A stretch of 28,241 nt of DNA from a virus (taxonomy: Duplodnaviria; Caudoviricetes), in IMG/VR virus record IMGVR_UViG_3300033067_000434, positions 1 through 28,241 of that record; one strand, written 5' to 3'. The position numbers were made by a program, and so were the translations under genes. Shown here piece after piece: positions 7,104 through 15,873 of this stretch (positions are counted from its first letter, which is position 1; every line of letters begins with the position of its first letter). Under the pieces are notes generated by a model. That model was not told the DNA's origin and did not search any database. It saw only the letters and a program-made list of their open reading frames with translations.

Positions 7104-8296
7104 CAGGTCAACTCCGCGTGCAGATACAGCCGCGCGTTCGCAGTGCTCGCGGCTCTCAGGATTGTTCCCTGGCCGGCTGTCAGCCCAGATGCCACCGTAC
7201 AGGTGAAATTGACCCCTTGCGTCGTAGCCGTGTTCAGCGAGAGGTTCGTCAGCGCGACATTTGTTGCCGATCCGTCAACGACCGCCCAGTCGCTCGCGGC
7301 ACTCACCCCGAGCGTCGGGGCGACGCGCATGGGCGGGGTCAGAGGCGTGAAGGCGCGGGCGGCTGTTGTGGAGTTTGCCAGGCCTGACCCGACGGGATCG
7401 ACGGTGGTTTCGCCGCCGAACACGCGCGTATAGCGCAGCGCTTTCAACAGCTCCTCATCTGGATCTGGCGGGATGTATGGCGGCAGGGCAGCGAGGCTCG
7501 CCCACGGACGCACGTCGAATTGGGCGACGTAGTTCGTGTCGCCTGCGACGCTCGACCCTGACGGAATGCGGAGCGCGATTTCCAAGCCGTTGTCGATATT
7601 CGTGTACGCGGTCGGGTCGAAGATCGCGTACGCATGGGTCCAAGCTGAGTCAGTGCAAGACTGGAGCGCCTGATCCAGCCGGTTGGTGACTGTGGTGAAA
7701 TCGTCTGCCGAGGCCGGCGTTCCCACGCGCAGATTTGGCGTGTAGGCCGATCCTGAGACGTTGCGAATTCGAGCGTGAACCAACAGCGATTGCTTGCACC
7801 AGCGCTTGACGATGGCTGCCCGAATCCTCGTACCGTGGTCCACCGTCGTCACGCTGGACGCGCCAGTAATGAGGCAGGAGAACTCGGAGCGGGCATCCGG
7901 CACCGTCACGGACCGCTGCACGGTAACCGACGCGCCGGCCGGCCGGGTGAACATCCGATCTGGCCCGAACGATGTCAGCACATCAAACGTGGTCGTGGCG
8001 GTATGGGCGGATCCGCCAGTGCGCTGCCAGTGGTCATAGTTGCCGTTGATGACAATCGGACTCGGCCCGAGCGCCGACGCCGGCACGATCAGCCCCTTGC
8101 CGGCTCCGTCGTAGAGACGCACATACGGCAGGCTGTCTCCGGCAGCTGGCGTCAGGCCGAACTCTGTCCGCAACCCTCGGATCTGCTCGCGGTCAGTCTC
8201 GTGGAGTCCCTCATCGTGGTCGGCCGCGTCGAGCGTGTAGCCCGGTGCAGCAATCGGCACGTAGGCGGCCGGCAGGGCGGCTGGATCGTAGGTCAC
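7103..8296 (-). CDS. Tail fibre / receptor-binding-type protein
   Basis: INGNYDHWQR...GPDR, EELLKALRY and PMRVAPT resemble motifs recurrent in phage tail carbohydrate-binding-like proteins; follows the tail-tip gene. Confidence 0.7.
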   Translation of the reverse strand: MTYDPAALPAAYVPIAAPGYTLDAADHDEGLHETDREQIRGLRTEFGLTPAAGDSLPYVRLYDGAGKGLIVPASALGPSPIVINGNYDHWQRTGGSAHTATTTFDVLTSFGPDRMFTRPAGASVTVQRSVTVPDARSEFSCLITGASSVTTVDHGTRIRAAIVKRWCKQSLLVHARIRNVSGSAYTPNLRVGTPASADDFTTVTNRLDQALQSCTDSAWTHAYAIFDPTAYTNIDNGLEIALRIPSGSSVAGDTNYVAQFDVRPWASLAALPPYIPPDPDEELLKALRYTRVFGGETTVDPVGSGLANSTTAARAFTPLTPPMRVAPTLGVSAASDWAVVDGSATNVALTNLSLNTATTQGVNFTCTVASGLTAGQGTILRAASTANARLYLHAELT

Positions 8297-8310
8297 CTGT
8301 CAGCTCCTCA

Positions 8311-9903
8311 CTACTGGCCGAATCGCGCCAGGTCGTACCGGCCCACGTCAAATCGTCCCCACGTCTGCTCAATGCGCTGCTCACACCCGAACGTCGTGCG
8401 GTGGATGTGGTCCCCTTGGATCTCGTGGCGGATGCTGTGAATCGTCAGCTGCATGGTCGCGCCGCTCTCGGTGGGGTCGATGACTTCGATCAGGTCGGAC
8501 ACCCGCCGTGCGAGTTGCTGGTAGAGCAACTCGCCGGTCTTGTTGGTCAACGTCACCAGGTATGCTGGCCTACCCTCCTGGTACGCCAGCAGCCAGGCAT
8601 CCGCCACAGCGGCCATGTCGGTCGGGTTGAGTCCGGGCAGTGGGCGCGGTACGTTCGACGACAGCGAGCGCGCGCCATATTCGGCCTGACTCGCACTCGC
8701 GTCCACGGTCGGCGTCACGTCAATCGTCGAGATCAGTGTGAGCGGCTGCCCTCGCAGGCGAGGGCCGTTGCCGCCGACTGGTGGCCCGACCGTAGCCGCG
8801 CCAGCGCCCGCAGTGAACGTGATCGCGACGGCGTACGATCCGAGCATGGTGGCTGTGACGCTGGCCAGCGCCGTGCCGGTGACCGTGTAGTCCGTGGTCA
8901 GCGCGGGGGTCGTGATCGCTACCAGCGGATCGTTGGATCTGAGAATGATCGTGCGCGCCTCGGCAGCCGCGAGGATCAGCGAGCCGTTGTACTCCGCAAC
9001 CTGGGTGGTAGCCTGAGTAGCCCGCTGCTCGGCCTGAAAGACGATGTCGTTGACGATAGTTTCGTCTCTCGGCAGTGGCACGATGCCCACGAACGGGGTG
9101 CCGTCAGCTGAGCGGGCGTAGAACGTCGCCTGGACCGTGTTGCACCGGTCGGTGAGGAACAGGTAGGTGTTCCCCTCCATGACCGCGCGGCCGTGCGCGT
9201 CCTCGTAGAATGCCCCAGTTGGCCCCTCGGTGGCCCAGACGTCGATCAGCGCGGCCAACGGAGGACGGTCATCGACCGCCGCGTAGTCGAGCAACCGGCC
9301 GTTGTCGATCATCTCCTGGTCCACGATGTACTCGTCGTCGGCCGCCAGCCCGGCCTCCTCGAATATCAGGACTGCGAGCGCGCCGGTTGTGATCGACAGC
9401 TGGAGCGGGATCGTGATGTTTGCCGCCGCCTGGAGCTTGGCCAGCGCTCCGAGGGCGCGCATATCAACGAACCGCTTGCCAGCCCCGGGCCCGTACAGCT
9501 CTTTCGGCTCGTCAATGGTCCCGGTGAACATTCGCACTGTCGAGCGGCCAGACATGAGCGCGAGCGGGTCCGCCATCGTCACGACCGTATCGGCCATGTA
9601 CACATCGTCCCCGATTTCTTTGGAGATCCAGACGCGGCGGCCGGTCTTGAGGTTGCCGCGCAGCGGGCTATCGACGTTCTCGCGGCTGTAGCGGCGGTCA
9701 AAATTATTCCAGCGCCATGACGAGGTTGCCGAGCGCGGGCGGCCAAAGGCCCGGTCTGCATCACGACCGCTCTCAATTACGAGCGCGGTGGATGTCAGCA
9801 CGTCGCCCGTTGTGTCATCGTCTGGCCCATCGCCGGGGTCGCCGTCGTTGGGCCAGTTGACGAGCACTTCGGTAGCACCGTCGCGCGGAATCTCGTACGC
9901 CAC
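8311..9903 (-). CDS. Minor tail / tail-tip (hub-like) protein
   Basis: 530 aa directly after the tape measure; NFDRRYS, MFTGTIDE, IVNDIV and SQAEYGARSL motifs seen in siphophage tail-tip proteins. Confidence 0.75.
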   Translation of the reverse strand: MAYEIPRDGATEVLVNWPNDGDPGDGPDDDTTGDVLTSTALVIESGRDADRAFGRPRSATSSWRWNNFDRRYSRENVDSPLRGNLKTGRRVWISKEIGDDVYMADTVVTMADPLALMSGRSTVRMFTGTIDEPKELYGPGAGKRFVDMRALGALAKLQAAANITIPLQLSITTGALAVLIFEEAGLAADDEYIVDQEMIDNGRLLDYAAVDDRPPLAALIDVWATEGPTGAFYEDAHGRAVMEGNTYLFLTDRCNTVQATFYARSADGTPFVGIVPLPRDETIVNDIVFQAEQRATQATTQVAEYNGSLILAAAEARTIILRSNDPLVAITTPALTTDYTVTGTALASVTATMLGSYAVAITFTAGAGAATVGPPVGGNGPRLRGQPLTLISTIDVTPTVDASASQAEYGARSLSSNVPRPLPGLNPTDMAAVADAWLLAYQEGRPAYLVTLTNKTGELLYQQLARRVSDLIEVIDPTESGATMQLTIHSIRHEIQGDHIHRTTFGCEQRIEQTWGRFDVGRYDLARFGQ

Positions 9904-9905
9904 GG

Positions 9906-12278
9906 TCAGCTCTCTCCCCGGATCCGCAGCGACAGGTCTCGGCCAACGGCGAACACCCTGGCAGCCTCCATATCGCCAATCCGAATGGTGATCTCGTGCT
10001 GCTGAATACCGCCGCCTGACGAGCCGCTAAACCCTGCCCCCGCGCCAGCGCCGGCCAGCACGGGCGGCTGCACGAGCCCTGCCAGCATGTTGTCAAGTGG
10101 GCGCTGCATCACATCCACGCCAGCCATGAGCCCGCGCACGATCTGCTGGCCGACCTCGACGTTGAAGACCTTCGACGGCGACTCGATGCCGAGCGCCGAC
10201 TTAGCCGCGTCGAGGGCGCCGCGAGCCGCGCGGTACGCCATGTCCCTGATAGAGCCCATCCCCGCGCTGATGGCGTTGGTGATGCCGTTGACGATGGCCT
10301 GTCCGATACCCGCCGCCTCGGCCTGCGCCGTCCCTGCCAGACTCCTCAGTGGCGCCAGAAACTCCGAGGCCCAGCCCGTGATCCTGCCGACGATCTCTGA
10401 GAGCTTGGTGGAGACCGCCGTCAGCATCGAACTGCCAGCCGTAGTCATGGCCGTGCCAGACGAGAGCGACAGGCCGATGATCGGCGCGAGGAACGTCGCC
10501 GTCGCCCAGGTCGTCACGGCGGTCACCATATTGGTCAGCGCTGTCGAAACCGCCGTGAGCATGTTGCTGCCGGCGGTGGTCAGGTTGGAGACCCAGTTCC
10601 CGCCGGCTGTCACGATGTGCGTCGCGATCAGCGTCAGGTCCGTGCGGATGTCCTCCGGCAGCGCGTTCCACACGGCCATGATGGCCTGAGTGATCGTCGG
10701 AAGGATGCTGCTGACTGACGTTTTGATCGACTGCCAGGCGCTCGTGATCGTCGTGCTGACCGTGTCCATGCCGGTGGAGATCGCCGTCTCCGTATCGGTC
10801 ATCCATGTGCTGATGCTGGTCAGCATCCCCCCTGTCACGGTGTCCACGATGGTGTAGACGGCGGCCAGCTGCCGCTCGACGATCCCGGTCGCGGTCTCCC
10901 ACGCGCCCGCCCAGTCGCCGTTGATGACCTGCATCACCATCTTGATCGTGTCGAGGATGTTAGCGATCCCCGTGCCGAGCACCGTCTTGACGATCTCCCA
11001 CGCGCCCCGGATGACCGCTGTGATCGTCTCGCCATGCTGAGCCCAGAGCGCCGAGATCGCAGCCAGCACCGTGGCAATCGTCTGCTGGATCAGCGGCCAG
11101 TTCGCCACAACCCAGTCAACCACCACGCCGAACTGCTCCAGCATGAACGCCCCGACCGCCATGACCGCCGGGATCAGCACGTCCCGAATCACCAGCGCCA
11201 CAGCCCCGAGCGCGTTGGACAACGGTTCGATCTCGGCAGACGGTTCCCATCCGTCCGTGAACACCTGCACCACGGTCCGCCAGGCGTCGCCCAACTGGCG
11301 CACGCTTTCGGTGATCGCGTCAGTAACGTCGCGCGGAAACCACTTGTCGAGCGTGAAGGCGTTCCCCTCGCCGTCTCCCTGGAAGACGGCAAACAGGTCT
11401 TTGGTCACGTCGATGGCCGTCTGCATCGCGTCGGCGAACCCTGTCGCGAACCCCGTCAGCGCCGTCTGAAACGTTCCGCTGCTGAGGAATTCGTTCAGGC
11501 CAACCAGGCCGCTCTTCAACAGGTCGAACAGCGGCGCGGCCATCAGTGTTTTCGCCTGATTCCAGTTGTCCGCCAGCGTGGACATCTGGCCCTCGAAGGT
11601 GCTGCTCAGCGCCTTCATGCCGCCGCCCATCTTTTGGTTCGCGATCTCCAGAGCGACGCGCATCGCCTCGGGGATCGGGGAGACCAACTCGCCGGACTTC
11701 GAGAACTCGATGCCCATCTCGGCCATCTGCTCGCGGGTGACGATGCCGAGTTCCTGAAGTCGCGAGATCGCCTCGCCAGTGGCGCCAGAGCCGAACTTCG
11801 ACCACAGCAGCGTGACCTCCGAGAGATCAGCACCGGTGGCCGCCGACATATCCCCCATCCGCGTTCGGTACTCGTCGAGCGACAGACCCGTCAGCTTCAT
11901 CGTCTTGTCGGACGTGAGGCCGAAGCCCGCCATGATCTTCTCAGCGGCCACCAGCTGAGTCAGTTCAAACGGCGTTTCCGCGCCGATCTTGGCGAGTTGC
12001 TTGATGCGCTCCTTTGCGGCATCGGTCGAGCCGAGCAGCGTTCCGAGCTGCGTCTCGTACGTCTCCATCTGAGCATTGCCCGAGATCATCGACGTAGCGA
12101 CTGAGGCGACCCCGCTGGCAATCGCCGTGAGACCGCCGATGGCCAGCCCGGCCGTGGCAAGCCCGTTGAACGCGCTCCCGAGCTTGCTGCCGAGGCCGCC
12201 CGCGCTCTGGCTCACCTTGCCGAACACAGCCGAAGCTGCATCCTGCGCGGTGATTCGGATGTCGAGGTTTGCTGCCAT
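9906..12278 (-). CDS. Tail tape measure protein
   Basis: 790 aa, Ala/Thr/Gly-rich; N-terminal IRITAQDAAS, LGTLLGS...AETPFE tape-measure motif, Trp-spaced repeats, C-terminal ALGIESPSKVF. Confidence 0.95.
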   Translation of the reverse strand: MAANLDIRITAQDAASAVFGKVSQSAGGLGSKLGSAFNGLATAGLAIGGLTAIASGVASVATSMISGNAQMETYETQLGTLLGSTDAAKERIKQLAKIGAETPFELTQLVAAEKIMAGFGLTSDKTMKLTGLSLDEYRTRMGDMSAATGADLSEVTLLWSKFGSGATGEAISRLQELGIVTREQMAEMGIEFSKSGELVSPIPEAMRVALEIANQKMGGGMKALSSTFEGQMSTLADNWNQAKTLMAAPLFDLLKSGLVGLNEFLSSGTFQTALTGFATGFADAMQTAIDVTKDLFAVFQGDGEGNAFTLDKWFPRDVTDAITESVRQLGDAWRTVVQVFTDGWEPSAEIEPLSNALGAVALVIRDVLIPAVMAVGAFMLEQFGVVVDWVVANWPLIQQTIATVLAAISALWAQHGETITAVIRGAWEIVKTVLGTGIANILDTIKMVMQVINGDWAGAWETATGIVERQLAAVYTIVDTVTGGMLTSISTWMTDTETAISTGMDTVSTTITSAWQSIKTSVSSILPTITQAIMAVWNALPEDIRTDLTLIATHIVTAGGNWVSNLTTAGSNMLTAVSTALTNMVTAVTTWATATFLAPIIGLSLSSGTAMTTAGSSMLTAVSTKLSEIVGRITGWASEFLAPLRSLAGTAQAEAAGIGQAIVNGITNAISAGMGSIRDMAYRAARGALDAAKSALGIESPSKVFNVEVGQQIVRGLMAGVDVMQRPLDNMLAGLVQPPVLAGAGAGAGFSGSSGGGIQQHEITIRIGDMEAARVFAVGRDLSLRIRGES

Positions 12279-12280
12279 GA

Positions 12281-12484
12281 TTAGCTATTCACCTTTCGGA
12301 CGGTGTCGATCAGCCGCATGGCCTGCATCAACTCGATCAGCGTTCGCCCGCGCAGCTCGTCGAGCTTGTACGCGGGGAACGCCTGGCAGATGACGGCACG
12401 CCGGTAGAGCCAGACCCAGTGCGGCGACGGGTTCGCGTGCATGCCCGCCGCCCATTTGGTGAACTCGGTCAGCTCGGGTTTGGG
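12281..12484 (-). CDS. Tail assembly chaperone -1 frameshift extension (lambda gpGT-like; absent from ORF track)
   Basis: -1 frame from the slippery site reads PKPELTEFTKWAAGMHANPSPHWVWLYRRAVICQAFPAYKLDELRGRTLIELMQAMRLIDTVRKVNS* and ends 2 nt before the tape measure ATG. Confidence 0.8.
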   Translation of the reverse strand, partial: PKPELTEFTKWAAGMHANPSPHWVWLYRRAVICQAFPAYKLDELRGRTLIELMQAMRLIDTVRKVNS

Positions 12485-12750
12485 ATGTTGAACAGCCTCG
12501 GCAGCGTCTTCACCATCTCAGCCAGCTGCGACGGCTTGAGCCGGCGCAACCCCGCACGGTCAACGCCGTGCGGGAGGTTGCCATCAACGATGATCCGCTC
12601 CAGGGCGTCGAGGATCTTGGTGACCTGATTCGCCTCCAGATCCTCCAGCAGTCCCACGTCGAGGGCGTCGAGATCGACGAGGATGTGGAAGCCATCCAGG
12701 ACGCCCTCCAGGTCGCAGCGCACAGGATCGCCAGCCTTCTCGTCGCTCAT
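12469..12750 (-). CDS. Tail assembly chaperone (gpG-like)
   Basis: 93-aa acidic protein between tail tube and tape measure, ending at a slippery site. Confidence 0.85.
   Translation of the reverse strand: MSDEKAGDPVRCDLEGVLDGFHILVDLDALDVGLLEDLEANQVTKILDALERIIVDGNLPHGVDRAGLRRLKPSQLAEMVKTLPRLFNIPNPS
12478..12484 (-). other. Programmed -1 ribosomal frameshift slippery heptamer C CCA AAC
   Basis: X XXY YYZ pattern in the correct phase, two codons before the chaperone stop. Confidence 0.8.
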
Positions 12751-13148
12751 GAGAACGTGACCGCGCCGGTGATCTGGTGCGTGACCGTGATCTTGAGCAT
12801 GTCGTTCACCGGGGACGGCAGCGATATGTTCGTGATGATCGTCTCCATTGAGACGGTCCGAACGCCGTCACCGAACGACAGCGTGCCTGCCAGTCCGAGG
12901 CGAGCGGTCAGGATGGCCCAGTTTCCCGTGGTGTTGGTGTTGTTGTAGAACAGCTCGTGGGAGAAGGAGTCGCCGCCTTGCAGGCCCGGCGTGAACTCCT
13001 TCCAGTCATCACCGAGGGTGGTCGTGTCGTGGGTCTCCACCGACACGCCGAAGTCGAGCGAGATCGTCTCGGTCAGCATGGCGACGGGAGTGCCGCCGCT
13101 GTCGTCAACGTTGACTGAGGTCAAATCCTTGCCGTGCACGCGGGCCAT
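12747..13148 (-). CDS. Major tail tube protein
   Basis: MARVHGKD...ETHDTTTLGDDWKEFTPGLQGG pattern of siphophage tube proteins; GGAGGGG RBS before ATG 13148; directly upstream of the chaperone. Confidence 0.8.
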   Translation of the reverse strand: MARVHGKDLTSVNVDDSGGTPVAMLTETISLDFGVSVETHDTTTLGDDWKEFTPGLQGGDSFSHELFYNNTNTTGNWAILTARLGLAGTLSFGDGVRTVSMETIITNISLPSPVNDMLKITVTHQITGAVTFS

Positions 13149-13162
13149 GTGCCCCTCCAGAC

Positions 13163-13190
13163 ATGCGAAAGGCCCGCCTTTCAGCGGGCC
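13163..13190 (-). promoter_or_regulatory. Hairpin followed by CTTTCGCAT upstream of the tail tube gene
   Basis: Minus strand GGCCCGC-TGAAAG-GCGGGCC then TTTCGCAT; the same tail follows the hairpin upstream of the capsid gene. Confidence 0.6.
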
Positions 13191-13234
13191 GGGTGAGCGC
13201 TCCACGCGGAACGCGGGTCAGGGGTAGGTGCGTG

Positions 13235-13957
13235 TCAGTAGCGGGCGAGGCCCCCCACGATGGTTGCGGCCCCGGAGACATCCTCAGTGCCGATGATCCG
13301 GGTGTAGCGGTCAATGGTTCCACTGACTTCGAGCGTCTGGGCGCCGATAGCCGTCATCGCTACAAATGTGATGAGGTCGGCCCAGACGCTATCGTCCGGC
13401 GAGTGCTGCACCTTGAAAGTCCAGGTGCCGGTGATGCTGGTGACGTGGATGTTGGCGCGGCCACCGTTCGCTGAGCTGGCGCCGTTGTCGAGGCTGGAGC
13501 CGTTGAAGGTGACGGTGCGCGCTGCCAGCGGATGCAGCAGCTTGCCGTTCAGCCCGAGCCGCCCGTTCCCCTCAAGCTCCCCCGACAGCTTGACCATGTC
13601 GTTTATGGCGACGGGCTGCTGTCGCGCCTTGAATATGGCTTCAGACCCCAGAACGCCGGTGTCTCCAACGGCATCCGCGTCGCCGTCGAAAATGGAGAGC
13701 ACGCCCAGGCCGGCAGTGTTTGAGCCGAGCGCCGTCTCCAGTTGCCGGCCGATCCCTCCCGACGCTGGATCGTAGAACCCCTCCAGTTTGCCGGACCAGC
13801 CCAACAGGCCGGGGTCGAACCTCTTCCAGTCCGCCGATGCGAACGTGGTCACGTCGTGCGTGTCGGCGGTGGCCGAGATGTCAATCGACATCAGGTCGCC
13901 GCTCGCGTCGCGCCCGCCGAGGTAGATCCGCACGTCCTTACCGTGTTGCCTAGCCAT
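13235..13957 (-). CDS. Tail tube paralog with extra C-terminal beta domain
   Basis: MARQHGKD...DTHDVTTFASADWKRFDPGL aligns by eye with the downstream tube protein; about 100 extra residues including KVQHSPDDSVWADL. Confidence 0.75.
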   Translation of the reverse strand: MARQHGKDVRIYLGGRDASGDLMSIDISATADTHDVTTFASADWKRFDPGLLGWSGKLEGFYDPASGGIGRQLETALGSNTAGLGVLSIFDGDADAVGDTGVLGSEAIFKARQQPVAINDMVKLSGELEGNGRLGLNGKLLHPLAARTVTFNGSSLDNGASSANGGRANIHVTSITGTWTFKVQHSPDDSVWADLITFVAMTAIGAQTLEVSGTIDRYTRIIGTEDVSGAATIVGGLARY

Positions 13958-14420
13958 GTGGCGCTCCCGTTAGTGCTGGCCCCGGCGGGTCGGGCTTCGG
14001 CTTCGTTTGCGTCTGCCGCGCCACGGCCAACACCCGGTCGAGCGGGCCGAGCGACACGCCCACCTTCTGCGCGTTCTCCAAAATCGAGATCAGCTCGGTG
14101 ACGATGAACGCCCCGGCCACGGCATCCGCGCCAGGGAACCCGTCTCCGAGATAGCCGCCGAGGTTGGTTGAGAGCCACGCCACGAGCATGACCAGGATCA
14201 GCTGTGTCGTCTTTTTGGCGAGGCCGCGCATGCTGGCGCCGCTGCTGATGACACCCTGCACGCCGGCTGCGATCAGCCCTGTCACCACGTCCACGAGCAT
14301 GACCACCAACAACGCCTGCACAAACACCCCGAGACCCACCCAGACGCCTAAAATCAGCCCGCCCACGGCGCCCAATCCCATGAGCGGGTCTGCCCTGAGA
14401 TGCTCGCCCATCGTCCTCAT
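13950..14420 (-). CDS. Phage holin (holin family 4-like)
   Basis: Hydrophobic segments with LVDVVTGLIAA...ISSGASMRGLAKK...ELISILEN signature; start taken at ATG 14420 after an AAAGGGG RBS-like run. Confidence 0.88.
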   Translation of the reverse strand: MRTMGEHLRADPLMGLGAVGGLILGVWVGLGVFVQALLVVMLVDVVTGLIAAGVQGVISSGASMRGLAKKTTQLILVMLVAWLSTNLGGYLGDGFPGADAVAGAFIVTELISILENAQKVGVSLGPLDRVLAVARQTQTKPKPDPPGPALTGAPHG

Positions 14421-14448
14421 GCCTGCCCCTTTCGTTGTGCGCGGCCCA

Positions 14449-14862
14449 TCAGGCCCAGACATTTACCAGCAGCTTGCAGCCGAGGTACTCGGCCCCGTTG
14501 ACCTCAAGCGATCCATAGTCCGTGAACCCGGCCAGGTCGCTGGTGTGGGCCGCGCCGCCGAGGGTCACATCCCCCCTCAGTGCGGCATGGACACTGTCCG
14601 CGCCGGTGTCGTCGAGGTAGGCGTCAAGCTGTTCCTGCGCCCGCTCCAATCCCTTGGCCTGCCAGGCCGCGATCAGCAGCGTAACCTCGAATGTGAACAT
14701 GGGCGCGCCGCCGAGCGCCTCGCGCCAGACCGACGACATCGGCATCGTGATTGCGCACGGTACAGTGATCTGGCCGGGCCATCTCGGGTATGAGTTGCGG
14801 ATGCCGGGCAGCGAGGCGAACCGCGCTGCCAGTCCCGTCCTGATCGCGCTCAGGTCTGCCAT
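14449..14862 (-). CDS. Tail terminator / tail completion protein
   Basis: Position after neck genes; IRTGLAARF...PCAI...SVHAALRGDVTLGG pattern. Confidence 0.75.
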   Translation of the reverse strand: MADLSAIRTGLAARFASLPGIRNSYPRWPGQITVPCAITMPMSSVWREALGGAPMFTFEVTLLIAAWQAKGLERAQEQLDAYLDDTGADSVHAALRGDVTLGGAAHTSDLAGFTDYGSLEVNGAEYLGCKLLVNVWA

Positions 14863-15260
14863 CTGTGCTCAATGCCCCTCTCGGCTGCGGACAGCACGCC
14901 CTGGATGCGCCCCCATGCGCCCTGGATTGCGCCTCTCAGCCAGCCCTTGCGCCTGGATCGCGGGTCGTACTCCAGACGCTTCGGGTACGGATACCGCTTG
15001 TATCTGGCGCTTGACCTGGTCGCCGTCGTGCGGATTGACACCGACGTGGCGACGGCCCGTCCCATCACGCGGTGAGTGAGCTTGGCTCGCAGTTGGCCTG
15101 ATGAGCCGGACGGCGCAGCGCTCCGGCCGGCCGCCTCTCCGATCTTGCCGATCTCCTCGTACGCGGTCCGCATCGGCGGCGCGAGCGTGTTGTCGGCTCG
15201 GAGCTTCCGCATCAGTTCTTTGTGACCAACGATGGTCACCTTCATCTTGACGGCAGCCAT
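14850..15260 (-). CDS. HK97 gp10-like neck/tail component
   Basis: Very basic 136-aa protein with GHKELMRKL, AP..SGQLR and LEY motifs in the expected position. Confidence 0.7.
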   Translation of the reverse strand: MAAVKMKVTIVGHKELMRKLRADNTLAPPMRTAYEEIGKIGEAAGRSAAPSGSSGQLRAKLTHRVMGRAVATSVSIRTTATRSSARYKRYPYPKRLEYDPRSRRKGWLRGAIQGAWGRIQGVLSAAERGIEHRWQT

Positions 15261-15261
15261 G

Positions 15262-15864
15262 TCAGGCCACCGCGATCCGCCGGTACGGCTCCAGCAGCCT
15301 TCGAGTGACAGGATGCAGGCCGGTCATGCGCACGTCAGTTGCCAGCTCCCCGCTGCCCATCGCACCTAGCGGTGCCTCTCTGGCCCTGAACTCGTGAGCC
15401 ACCTGGAAGAGGCAGGCTTGCTCGACTACATCAGGCGTGGTGGAGCTGAACCCCCAGCTGCCGACGATCTCCACTCCGCGCGACACACCATCAGGAAACC
15501 AGTTGTTGCCGTTCGGCGCGATCTCGATTCGGGTGTACGGCTGCGGCACGCTCTCAAGCTGCGCGTTGTACGGTCCGAGATGGTAGTCCGTGGCCGCCCA
15601 TGTGGTCTCGAATGTGCCATCCGCATCATCGTCAGTTTTGAGCGTGGTTACCGAGAGCAGATCGTCGATCAGCAGGCAACCTCGCCTCTGGGCCGTGAAG
15701 TAGCGGGTCTGGGTGGCCGCATAGAACCATCGACCGGTGTAGTCGTCGATGGCTCGCGACACGCTCTCGACGACGGCCTCTAACACGGTGTCATCGGTGG
15801 TGTCGGTGATGCCGAGACGTGCCTTGATCGCAGCTAGCGTGCAGTAGCCGTTGGTGATCGCCAT
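15262..15864 (-). CDS. Head-tail connector/adaptor (gp6-like)
   Basis: YCTLAAIKARLGI...DDTVL...SRAIDDYTGRWF...PDVVEQAC...LLEPYRR. Confidence 0.88.
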   Translation of the reverse strand: MAITNGYCTLAAIKARLGITDTTDDTVLEAVVESVSRAIDDYTGRWFYAATQTRYFTAQRRGCLLIDDLLSVTTLKTDDDADGTFETTWAATDYHLGPYNAQLESVPQPYTRIEIAPNGNNWFPDGVSRGVEIVGSWGFSSTTPDVVEQACLFQVAHEFRAREAPLGAMGSGELATDVRMTGLHPVTRRLLEPYRRIAVA

Positions 15865-15873
15865 CGGTCCTCC

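Noticed and set aside
10340-10600. Internal duplication of about 40 aa in the tape measure (TTAGSNMLTAVST / TTAGSSMLTAVST)
   Set aside because: Real, but repeat expansion is ordinary for tape measure proteins.
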